From Candidatus Binatia bacterium (GTDB taxonomy: Bacteria > Desulfobacterota > Binatia > UBA9968 > CAXXLF01): a stretch of DNA of 64,000 nt. Of the stretch, positions 10,886 through 19,719 are shown one piece after another. The notes below the pieces were generated by a model, which saw only the letters and a list, made by a program, of their open reading frames with translations, was not told where the DNA came from and made no database searches. Numbering within the stretch: the first letter of the stretch is position 1; every line of letters begins with the position of its first letter. The position numbers and the translations under genes were made by a program. The DNA is taken from positions 736,001 through 800,000 of the forward strand of contig CAXXLF010000002.1 in assembly GCA_963664015.2 (NCBI GenBank), written 5' to 3'.

Positions 10886-13299
10886 AGGCTACGGGCGACA
10901 AGTGGGTCGGGCAGGCAGTCCCACGCACAGAAGACCCCGCCTTACTGGTCAGCCGGGGACAGTTTATCGACGATCTGAACCTGCCAGGACAGGCCTATGC
11001 CGCTTTCCTGCGAAGCCCCCATGCCCATGCAAAGATAACCCGTGTAGATGTGAGCCGCGCCCAGGCCCATCCCAGCGTCTTCACAGTGATGACTGGTGAT
11101 GATGTGGCTCGCTTGACTCGACCACAACGCGGTCGCGTCCCCCTCCAATACTCACCTAAGGTCTACGCTCTGGCCTATGAAAAGGTGCATTATGTGGGTG
11201 AACCTGTGGTGGCCGTTGTTGCTATAGACCGGGCCACGGCCGAGGACGTGCTCGAACTCATCGAGGTTGAATACGAACCGTTGCCAGCAGTTATCAATCC
11301 GGAAAAGGCCATAGAACCCGGGGCACCCACCGTGTTTGAGGAGGTCAAATCCAACACCCTCTGGCACGACACCTTTCCGTACGGCGACATCGAGGGAGCC
11401 TTTGCTCAAGCCGATCAGGTAATTCAGGAACGGTTCACCATCCACCGTTATTGTTCCACAGCCTTGGAAACCTTCGGAGCCATTGCCCAATTCGAGCCTG
11501 CTACAGGGGCGTTAACCATTTGGGGCCATACGCAGCAACCCAGTCAGGACCGCCAAGCCGTTGCCGCATCCTTAGGAATCCCTCTGAGTAAGATCCGATT
11601 CATTGTCCCGCCCATGGGCGGCGCCTTCGGCAATAAGGTCCGTCCAATGTTTCTGATCATCCTCGCCCTACTAGCACGGGAAGCCAAACGGCCGGTCAAG
11701 TGGATCGAAGATCGTCGTGAAAACCTACTCGCCCTCGGACACTCGGCCGATGGCATCATGGACGTTACAGCGGCCGTCAAGTCCGACGGGAGCATCCTGG
11801 GCATGAAGTTTCGCAACATAGAAAACGAAGGCGCGGGTATCGATTTCGCGGGACGACACAACCTCCTTATGCTCAGCAATATCGTCAACTGCTACCGTAT
11901 AGCCGCCGTTTCCTACGAAGGATACTCGGTCCTGACCAACTGTTGCCCCGTGGTCGCCAATCGTGGAATTGGAAAACCCTTTATGTGCTTTTCCGTGGAG
12001 CGGATGGTCGATGTAATTGCCGCCACCCTGAAAATGGACCGTATCGAGATTCGGAAGCGCAACCTGATACAACCAGACCAGTTCCCTTACGATACTCCCT
12101 CAGGCCAGACCTACGACAGCGGTGATTACCCTGAGCTGCTTCGCAAAGCGTTGGCACTGATCGACTACAAGGAACTGATGCAAGAACAGGCAAAGGCACG
12201 GAAGGAAGGTCGTCTGTTGGGCTTTGGCCTCGCCATGGGTGTAGAACCTGGAGGGTCCAATCTCAGCTACGGTATGCTGATTAGCGGTCCCACCCAGTTG
12301 CTCAGCGGCCAGGGTGAGGCGGCAAGGATCCGAATCGAAACCGATGGTACGGCTACCCTGTACATTGGAAGTCTCGAAGCCGGACAAGGTCACGCCACTT
12401 CACTGGCACAGATCGTCGCTGACGAGCTTGCCCTGGAGGTTGATCAAATAAATGTCCCAACCACCTTCGACACCGCAAGTCACCCGTCTGTCATGACTAC
12501 GGGCAATTATTCGAACAAATTCAACGGACATGACACCGCAGCTGCCATCGGCGCCGCCAAGAAGGTACGGGAGAAACTCCTGAATAGGGCCGCACAGCAC
12601 CTGGAGGCAGCGGTCCAAGACCTGGAGCTCCGTGACGGAAAGATCTCGGTGCGCGGGACACCGGGTAAAGGAGTAACCGTCGCCCAATTGGCCAGTCGTG
12701 CATACTGGAGCCTGGCAGACAATCAACCCGACGACGAGCCGGGCCTCGAAGCACTTTATTACTATCAGAACCCCATGGCCAAGAAACCCGACGAACAGAA
12801 CAGAGTCCGCGTTCAGCTTGGCTTCGCCGGTGCGGCCCACGTAGCTGTCGTAGAGGTTGACCCGGAGACCTTCGAGATCAAGCTCAAACGATACGGTGTG
12901 GTCCACGACTGCGGGCGCCAGATCAACCCCGCCATCGTCGAAGGCCAGGTCCACGGGGCTTCCGTCCACGGAATCGCTGCTGCCCTCTTGGAAGAATTCG
13001 TATACGACGAGAGCGGGCAGCTTATGACGACAAGCTTCATGGACTACCTAAAACCCACCGCTGCCGACATACCAACAATTTTGGGAGATCACCTCGAGAC
13101 ACCTTCCCCCTTTACTCCGCTAGGCACGAAAGGGGTCGGGGAAGGCGGAGCCGTTATAGCCCCAGGTGCTATTGCCAGCGCCGTGGAGGACGCCCTGGTG
13201 CCTCTAGGAATTCGCATTACCACTCTTCCGATTACACCGACCCGTTTGTGGGACGTTGTCTCGAGCAAAGGGACTCGATACGGTCCCAAAGCAGAGTAG
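10882..13299 (+). CDS. Xanthine dehydrogenase family molybdopterin-binding large subunit (CoxL-like) #3
   Basis: ATGA overlap with CoxS; RSPHAHA, GGAFGNK, YDSGDY, GQGHAT, HDCG..INP..VEGQ, KGVGEGG; loop ANRGIG. Confidence 0.93.
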   Translation: MKATGDKWVGQAVPRTEDPALLVSRGQFIDDLNLPGQAYAAFLRSPHAHAKITRVDVSRAQAHPSVFTVMTGDDVARLTRPQRGRVPLQYSPKVYALAYEKVHYVGEPVVAVVAIDRATAEDVLELIEVEYEPLPAVINPEKAIEPGAPTVFEEVKSNTLWHDTFPYGDIEGAFAQADQVIQERFTIHRYCSTALETFGAIAQFEPATGALTIWGHTQQPSQDRQAVAASLGIPLSKIRFIVPPMGGAFGNKVRPMFLIILALLAREAKRPVKWIEDRRENLLALGHSADGIMDVTAAVKSDGSILGMKFRNIENEGAGIDFAGRHNLLMLSNIVNCYRIAAVSYEGYSVLTNCCPVVANRGIGKPFMCFSVERMVDVIAATLKMDRIEIRKRNLIQPDQFPYDTPSGQTYDSGDYPELLRKALALIDYKELMQEQAKARKEGRLLGFGLAMGVEPGGSNLSYGMLISGPTQLLSGQGEAARIRIETDGTATLYIGSLEAGQGHATSLAQIVADELALEVDQINVPTTFDTASHPSVMTTGNYSNKFNGHDTAAAIGAAKKVREKLLNRAAQHLEAAVQDLELRDGKISVRGTPGKGVTVAQLASRAYWSLADNQPDDEPGLEALYYYQNPMAKKPDEQNRVRVQLGFAGAAHVAVVEVDPETFEIKLKRYGVVHDCGRQINPAIVEGQVHGASVHGIAAALLEEFVYDESGQLMTTSFMDYLKPTAADIPTILGDHLETPSPFTPLGTKGVGEGGAVIAPGAIASAVEDALVPLGIRITTLPITPTRLWDVVSSKGTRYGPKAE

Positions 13300-13374
13300 C
13301 TAAATGCCCAATGGGGATTTTCTGAATCCCCGGCGGTATCGAAACGATACCAAGCAGAAAGGGGGAGATAGAAT

Positions 13375-14838
13375 ATGGCCAAGCTAGAGTCTACAGGTGT
13401 CCAACCCACAAGTGGGACCTTCGGTTCCGATTTACACTCGTTCATTGAGAAGTACGAGCGCGAGTTTCCCAACGAGGTGCTCCACATTGAAAAGCCACTC
13501 AAAGCCGAGTGGGAAATCACCGCCCTTGCCATGCAACTGGAGAAAGACCACCGATTTCCCATTCTCATCTGTCACAACGTCACGGTCAACGGCCAGAAGT
13601 GCGAGATGCCCCTGGTAACCTTCCTAATGGCCAGCCGACTGCGCCTGGCCCGAGCCCTGGGCGCAGACATCCGGAACGCCGGGCTTGTCTGTTATGACCG
13701 CGTACAGAAACGGACGAAACCAGTAACCGTGCTACGCCAACAAGCCCCGGTCAAAGAGGTCGTGGAAAAGGGAGAGGATATAGACTTGCGTCGTTTACCC
13801 GCTCCCCTCCACCATCGCATGGATCCCGGACGTTACATCACTGAAGGATTTTTTCTTGCTTACAATCGCAACACCGGCTTAGACAACTCTGCTATGCAGC
13901 GAGGATGGTTGGCAGGAAAAGATGAAATTCGGGTGTTTCTAGGACCCAGCACCCACAATCGTCACAACCTACGGGAGTACGAGGAGGCAGGAGAGGACAT
14001 GCCTGCGGCCTATTGGGTCGGGCATCATCCGCTGGTTCTCTTAGGTGCACAGGCCCGTGTGGGGCTCGATGAAAGCCATTATGACACTGCCGGCGGCACT
14101 ATGGGCAGTCCGATACGACTGGTCCCGTCCGAGTCCCTGGGAGAGAAGTTTCTTGTCCCTGCCGACGCTGAAGTGGTTATCGAAGGCTATATTCCCAAGG
14201 GACAACGCAAACCCGAAGGGCCCTTTGGCGAATACACGCGCCACGTGGGACCGCAACGCTGGGGACCGATATTGAAGGTAACTGCAATCACACATCGTCG
14301 CGACGCCTATTGGGACGACGTGATGGTGGGTCACACCCATTGGATCAGCAGCATGATCAAAGAGGGAATGATCTTCCGCGCCGTGCAGCGGGTCGTGCCC
14401 GGGGTCAAGGCAGTCCACTCACCCATGTCCGGCACAGGTGTTTCGCACAGCTATATCCAGATCCATAAGACCGTGGAGGGACAGGGCAAGGTCGCGGCCG
14501 CCGCTGCGCTCAGCTCTTCCTTTGACCACAAGCATTCCTTCATCTTCGATGAGGACGTGGATATCTTCGACGAGAGAGAAGTATTTCTCGCCCTCGCGAC
14601 CCGATTTCAGGCCGATCGCGGCCTGATGTTGCTCCCCGGCATTACCGGGTCACCGCTGGACCCAAGCTCGTTCGATGGATCGACGACCTGTAAAGCCGGC
14701 TTCGACTGTACAAAGCCACTGGGAAAACCGTTCGCCGAGCGGCTTGGCATTCCGGACGATGTGCTCAAGAGTTTTGATCCTTTAGAAATCGTCAATCCGA
14801 CACGGTGGGATAAAATCCCGTTTGAACCCTGGGGATAG
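13375..14838 (+). CDS. UbiD-family prFMN-dependent (de)carboxylase, copy A
   Basis: 487 aa; DPGRYIT, NSAMQR, VPADAEVVIEG, EGPFGEYT, DEDVDIFD..EV..ALATRFQAD, KAGFDCT. Confidence 0.93.
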   Translation: MAKLESTGVQPTSGTFGSDLHSFIEKYEREFPNEVLHIEKPLKAEWEITALAMQLEKDHRFPILICHNVTVNGQKCEMPLVTFLMASRLRLARALGADIRNAGLVCYDRVQKRTKPVTVLRQQAPVKEVVEKGEDIDLRRLPAPLHHRMDPGRYITEGFFLAYNRNTGLDNSAMQRGWLAGKDEIRVFLGPSTHNRHNLREYEEAGEDMPAAYWVGHHPLVLLGAQARVGLDESHYDTAGGTMGSPIRLVPSESLGEKFLVPADAEVVIEGYIPKGQRKPEGPFGEYTRHVGPQRWGPILKVTAITHRRDAYWDDVMVGHTHWISSMIKEGMIFRAVQRVVPGVKAVHSPMSGTGVSHSYIQIHKTVEGQGKVAAAAALSSSFDHKHSFIFDEDVDIFDEREVFLALATRFQADRGLMLLPGITGSPLDPSSFDGSTTCKAGFDCTKPLGKPFAERLGIPDDVLKSFDPLEIVNPTRWDKIPFEPWG

Positions 14839-14850
14839 GAACAATCGCTG

Positions 14851-15996
14851 ATGCAAGGCACCATGAAAGCCGCCCGTCTCCATGGCTTTGAAAGTTCTCA
14901 CGGTAACGTTCAGGTTATTCATGTAGACCAGGTACCGATCCCCAACATAGGCCCCGGGGAGGTCTTGATTCGCGTCCTGCGATCGGGACTGAGCCATGGC
15001 GACCTTCATATGCGCGCGGACGCCGTGCAGTACGCACCTGAGATCAAGACGGTGCCGTTCCTCCCCATGACAATGGGCCACGACGGCATGGGAGAGGTCG
15101 CGGAGATAGGCCCAGAGGTAACCAATGTAAAGATAGGTGACCGGGCGGTGGTCATGTGCTCGATCACCTGCGGCTTTTGCCGCTTCTGCCGCTCCGACCG
15201 GCAGCACCTGTGCCTCTCCCATCGAGTCATGGGCTTTACCTCCAAGTGGGGGGAGAAGGGGCCCGAACGCCTGTTGCGCTACAAGGATGGGATGTGGGCC
15301 GAGTACTGTCGCGTACCGGCAACCAACCTGGTTCCCCTCCAATCGGGAGACGATTTCAACGAGATGTGCAAGGTCTCCCAAATGGCGGTAGGGTACCGAG
15401 CACTGAAGCGGGCGCGGTTCCGTAGCGGAGAAACCGTGATCATCAACGGGGCTTCCGGCATTACGGGGGTAGGAACGACCCTGTGCGCCCTGGCCATGGG
15501 TACAGTCCGAATTATTGCCGTTGCACGGAACCCCGTACCGCTGGAGCGAGTTAAGGCCATCGCCCCGAAGCGTATTACGACCGTCGCCCTGGCACGAGGT
15601 GAAAGCATCGCTGAGAAGGTCAAAGAAGCAACGGGAGGCGAGGGAGCCAATGTGCTCGTGGACTTGGCCCCGGCGGGCATTGAAACTGTGGTCGATTGTA
15701 TTCGAAATCTCGAGGGAGGTGGCCGGGTTTCATTGGTCGGTGCCAACCCGGAGCCTCTTAATCTTTCGCTGCGCTATCTGATGATGCGATCCATCGAATT
15801 TACCAGTGTGACGGGACGGTACTACACGGATTTTCCGGAACTCCTCGACTTGGTCCGGCAAGGTGTCATCGATACGCGACACGTCACCACCCGCTTCTTC
15901 CCGGTGGAGGAGATCAACACGGCACTGGATTACATCACAACGCGCGGGGATAACGACCCAATCTGGCCCATGTACGCACCGGTCGGGAGCGATTGA
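14851..15996 (+). CDS. Medium-chain dehydrogenase/reductase (Zn-ADH-like), copy A
   Basis: 381 aa; GHD in place of GHE, GDR, structural-Zn CGFCRFC..QHLC, Rossmann NGASGITG. Confidence 0.88.
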   Translation: MQGTMKAARLHGFESSHGNVQVIHVDQVPIPNIGPGEVLIRVLRSGLSHGDLHMRADAVQYAPEIKTVPFLPMTMGHDGMGEVAEIGPEVTNVKIGDRAVVMCSITCGFCRFCRSDRQHLCLSHRVMGFTSKWGEKGPERLLRYKDGMWAEYCRVPATNLVPLQSGDDFNEMCKVSQMAVGYRALKRARFRSGETVIINGASGITGVGTTLCALAMGTVRIIAVARNPVPLERVKAIAPKRITTVALARGESIAEKVKEATGGEGANVLVDLAPAGIETVVDCIRNLEGGGRVSLVGANPEPLNLSLRYLMMRSIEFTSVTGRYYTDFPELLDLVRQGVIDTRHVTTRFFPVEEINTALDYITTRGDNDPIWPMYAPVGSD

Positions 15997-16069
15997 ACAA
16001 TGATTGTATCCACCGATGAATAGCAATATGATTCCAAGGATCGGTTAAGCAGAAATAAGGAGGAACAAA

Positions 16070-17533
16070 ATGGCAAAACCTGAGCAAGCCAAAGTCCAGT
16101 CCACAACAGGTCCCTTTGGCTCGGATCTCCACTCTTTCATAGAACAGTACGAAAAGCAGTATCCTGATGAGGTACTCCATATCGAGAAACCTCTCAAGGC
16201 CGAATGGGAAATCACCGCCCTGGCCATGCAGCTGGAAAAAGACCACCGTTTTCCCATCCTGATCTGTCACAATGTCACGGTCAACGGCCAGAAGTGCGAT
16301 ATGCCACTGGTAACTTTCCTAATGGCTAGCCGGCTCCGCCTGGCGCGGGCCCTGGGCGTGGACGTCCAGAAGGCTGGGATTGCATGCTACGAGCGGGTAC
16401 AAGAAAAGTTAAAACCCGTCGTCGTCTCCGCCAAAGAAGCCCCCGTCAAAGAAGTCGTGGAAAAAGGTGGCGACGTCGACATACGTCGACTACCCGCACC
16501 CCTCCATCACCGGATGGATCCGGGCCGCTACATCACCGAGGGCTTTGTTCTCACCTTTAACCGCAATACCGGCTTGGACAACTCGGCAATGCAAAGGGGA
16601 TGGTTAGCGGGAAAAGACGAAATCCGAATCTGGATGGGACCCAGCACCCACAACCGGCACAACCTGCGCGAGTACGAGGAGGCGGGAGAAGACATGCCCG
16701 TGGCCTTCTGGGTCGGCCACCACCCGCTGGTCCTCTTGGGTGCTGAAAATCATGTGGGTCCCGATGAAAGCCACTATGAGACCGCGGGAGGAACCATGGG
16801 CGCTCCCCTCCGGCTGGTCCCGTCCGAATCCCTGGGAGAGAAATTCCTGGTTCCCGCAAACGCGGAAATCGTCATCGAGGGGTATGTCCCCAAAGGCCAG
16901 CGCAAGCCCGAAGGACCCTTCGGCGAGTATACCCGCCACGTTGGACCCCAGCGGTGGTGTCCATATATGAAGGTGACGGCGGTCACGCACCGCAAGAACC
17001 CTTATTGGGATGACAACATGGTGGGACATACCCACTGGATCAGCAGCCTGACCAAAGAAGGCGTCGCCTTCAGTGCTATCCAGAGAGTGGTACCGGGAGT
17101 CAAAGCCGTGCACGCCCCCATGTCTGGGACAGGGGTCAATCATATTTACATCCAGATTCGGAAGACCGTAGAGGGACAGGGCAAAGTGGCCGCGACGGCC
17201 GCTCTGACCGCTTTTTTCGGACTCAAGCATGCCTTCGTTTTTGACGAGGACGTCGACATCTTCGACGAGCGGGAAATCTTCCTCGCGTTGGCGACACGCT
17301 TCCAGGCCGACACCGGTCTATTGGCACTCCCGGGCATGACCGGATCGCCGCTGGACCCCAGCTCCCCCGATGGGCACATCGCATGCAAGGCCGGTTTCGA
17401 CTGTACCAAACCGCTGGGAAAACCCTTCGCCGAACGGCTCGGTATCCCGGACGATGTGCGCAAGGCGTTCGATCCATTAGAAGTCATCAACCCGGCACGT
17501 TGGGACAAGATCCCCTTTGAGCCCTGGGGATAA
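16070..17533 (+). CDS. UbiD-family prFMN-dependent (de)carboxylase, copy B
   Basis: 487 aa; same length as and collinear with 13375-14838; EGPFGEYT retained. Confidence 0.93.
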   Translation: MAKPEQAKVQSTTGPFGSDLHSFIEQYEKQYPDEVLHIEKPLKAEWEITALAMQLEKDHRFPILICHNVTVNGQKCDMPLVTFLMASRLRLARALGVDVQKAGIACYERVQEKLKPVVVSAKEAPVKEVVEKGGDVDIRRLPAPLHHRMDPGRYITEGFVLTFNRNTGLDNSAMQRGWLAGKDEIRIWMGPSTHNRHNLREYEEAGEDMPVAFWVGHHPLVLLGAENHVGPDESHYETAGGTMGAPLRLVPSESLGEKFLVPANAEIVIEGYVPKGQRKPEGPFGEYTRHVGPQRWCPYMKVTAVTHRKNPYWDDNMVGHTHWISSLTKEGVAFSAIQRVVPGVKAVHAPMSGTGVNHIYIQIRKTVEGQGKVAATAALTAFFGLKHAFVFDEDVDIFDEREIFLALATRFQADTGLLALPGMTGSPLDPSSPDGHIACKAGFDCTKPLGKPFAERLGIPDDVRKAFDPLEVINPARWDKIPFEPWG

Positions 17534-17566
17534 ATCAAGAAAAAGCAATCGCAAAGAGTCACACCG

Positions 17567-18709
17567 ATGCAAGGAACAATGAAAGCCGCCCGGCTTTATG
17601 GATTTAAAAAGACCCACGGGCCCAAGGACCCTAAGGACTTAGTCCGGGTCGAAGAGGTCCCGATCCCCGATATTGGACCAGGCGAGGTCCTGATCCGTGT
17701 CCTCCGCGCGGGACTCAACCACGGCGATCTCCATATCCGGGAGGATGCGCTGCAATTCGCGCCCGACAACACGACCGTGCCTATCCTCCCGATGATCGTG
17801 GGTCACGACGGGCTCGGTGAAGTCGTTGAGGTCGGACCCAACGTGATCAATGTTAAATCGGGAGACCGTGCGGTCGTCATGTGTTCCATCACCTGCGGTT
17901 ATTGCAAATTCTGCCGCTCCGATCGTCAGCACCTATGCGTGATGCACCGGGTGATGGGTTTCGTGGCCAGGTGGCGCGAAGGTGGCCTGGACCAACTGCT
18001 CCGTTATAAAGACGGACTCTGGGCCGAGTACTGTCGCGTGCCGGCGACCAACCTGGCCAAGCTCAGGCCCGATGACGACGTCGACCAGATTTGCAAGGTC
18101 TCCCAGATGACCGTGGGATATCGAGCTCTGAAGCGAGCCCGGCTGCATTCGGGGGAGACGGTAGTTGTCAACGCAGCCACCGGCATTACAGGGATCGGCA
18201 CCGTATTGAGCGCGCTGGCCATGGGTGCCGCGCACATCATCGCAGTGGCCCGTAACCCCGTACGGTTGAAAACTCTACGTAGTATCAATCCCCAGCGAAT
18301 ATCGACGATCGGCCGCGGGGAGCCCATCACCAAGAAAATCCTGGAGCTGACTGAGGGGCAAGGGGCCAGCGTCCTAGCCGATCTGACTCCCGCGGGTGCG
18401 GACTCGACCGTGGAATGCATCAAAGGCCTTGAACCCGGCGGGCGGGTGACCCTGATCGGCGCCAATCCCGAACCGCTTAATCTTCCCATCCGTTACCTCA
18501 TGATTCGATCCATCGAGTTCACCAGCGTGACCGGCCGCCACTACACGGATTTCCCTGAAGTGTTTGACCTGGCCAGGCGCGGTGTGATCGATACCAGGCA
18601 TGTTACCAATAAAATCTTTCCCATCGAGGGTATCAACGATGCCCTCGACTTTATTGAAAAACGAGGCGACAACGACCCCCTGTGGCCTATGTACGCCCCG
18701 AAGGACTGA
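17567..18709 (+). CDS. Medium-chain dehydrogenase/reductase (Zn-ADH-like), copy B
   Basis: 380 aa; paralog of 14851-15996; CGYCKFC..QHLC, NAATGITG. Confidence 0.88.
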   Translation: MQGTMKAARLYGFKKTHGPKDPKDLVRVEEVPIPDIGPGEVLIRVLRAGLNHGDLHIREDALQFAPDNTTVPILPMIVGHDGLGEVVEVGPNVINVKSGDRAVVMCSITCGYCKFCRSDRQHLCVMHRVMGFVARWREGGLDQLLRYKDGLWAEYCRVPATNLAKLRPDDDVDQICKVSQMTVGYRALKRARLHSGETVVVNAATGITGIGTVLSALAMGAAHIIAVARNPVRLKTLRSINPQRISTIGRGEPITKKILELTEGQGASVLADLTPAGADSTVECIKGLEPGGRVTLIGANPEPLNLPIRYLMIRSIEFTSVTGRHYTDFPEVFDLARRGVIDTRHVTNKIFPIEGINDALDFIEKRGDNDPLWPMYAPKD

Positions 18710-18742
18710 AACATCTAGTCAAAATGACATAAGGAGAAGATC

Positions 18743-18925
18743 ATGGCAGATTTCGAATACGTACCGTGTCCCAAATGTCAGAAGAAGTTCATGGTGGGAG
18801 AAGAGTTTTTCCGTCTAGCAGAAGCCTACTGCCACTGCCCCTATTGCGCTAACGAGTTTAAAGTCGGAGTCGCCGCAGGCGACGCCTCACGCCCAGGGGC
18901 GCAGGGCAAGTACAACCCCTATTAA
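18743..18925 (+). CDS. Small zinc-ribbon protein
   Basis: 60 aa; AAGGAG RBS; CPKC...CHCPYC; last gene of the UbiD cluster. Confidence 0.75.
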   Translation: MADFEYVPCPKCQKKFMVGEEFFRLAEAYCHCPYCANEFKVGVAAGDASRPGAQGKYNPY

Positions 18926-19097
18926 TCTCAATCAGTTTCTGGTTCTAGCCCCTCCTCCCAGATTTGGATTCGGGTAGAGTATAGTTGCAAGTCACATCGT
19001 GCAAAAGCAACTGTCTTTCTGTCCCGTTCCGTGGAACCGTGAAGAATTACAATATCCTATAACTGATTTTCCGCTTTTAAGATTCAAGGAACTAACG

Positions 19098-19629
19098 ATG
19101 CGAATGTGGATATGGTTGTGCAGTTTGGGAAGTGTTTTAGCCATCGCCCCAGGTTGTGAGAAAAAGCCACAACCTGTCGAGCGCGGCAAATACCTTACCA
19201 CAGTCATGGGCTGCCACGACGGCCAGACGGCGCTCCCGTACTCGACATGACACGCCAACTCTCCGGCCATCCGAATAGGCTCCCGCATCCTACCTGGAAA
19301 ACCTCTGACATGCAGCAGCGCAATACTATTGCACTAACCAACTCATACTTGACCGCCTGGGCCGGCCCCTGGGGGGTGAGTTTCGCCACAAATATCACCC
19401 CGGATATGGAGACGGGTATCGCCGAATGGGAAGAATCAACGTTTCATCAGGCGTTGCGCACGGGAGAGCACCAAGGCCAGCCAAACGCCCGTGCTATCCT
19501 ACTACCCATGCCCTGGCCTACGATTGGGCTGGCGACGGATAAGGACCTAAAATCGATCTGGGCCTCTTGAGGAGCATTCCGCTCATCAGCAATCAAGTAC
19601 CCTTTCCCGTGCCACCTGGAGTTCAGTAA
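19098..19629 (+). pseudogene. Periplasmic cytochrome c pseudogene
   Basis: Signal peptide, VERGKYL...GCHD then a deletion/frameshift removing the rest of CxxCH; continues LSGHP, GPWGVSFATNITPD.ETGI, PMPW; second frameshift near 19565. Confidence 0.75.
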
Positions 19630-19719
19630 TCTACCACCTGCAATGGACGGTAGCCTGAAGCAATTTCAATAGACCAATCCCTGGCAACCCCGAATACTGG
19701 AATGATATAATCGAGCAAT

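Noticed and set aside
9514-13299. Aerobic CO dehydrogenase (coxMSL gene order)
   Set aside because: No large subunit has AYxCSFR or AYRGAGR, and no coxDEFG accessory genes are present
13375-17533. Ubiquinone or menaquinone biosynthesis ubiD
   Set aside because: Catabolic context, duplication and absence of other quinone-pathway genes; only the family-level call is kept
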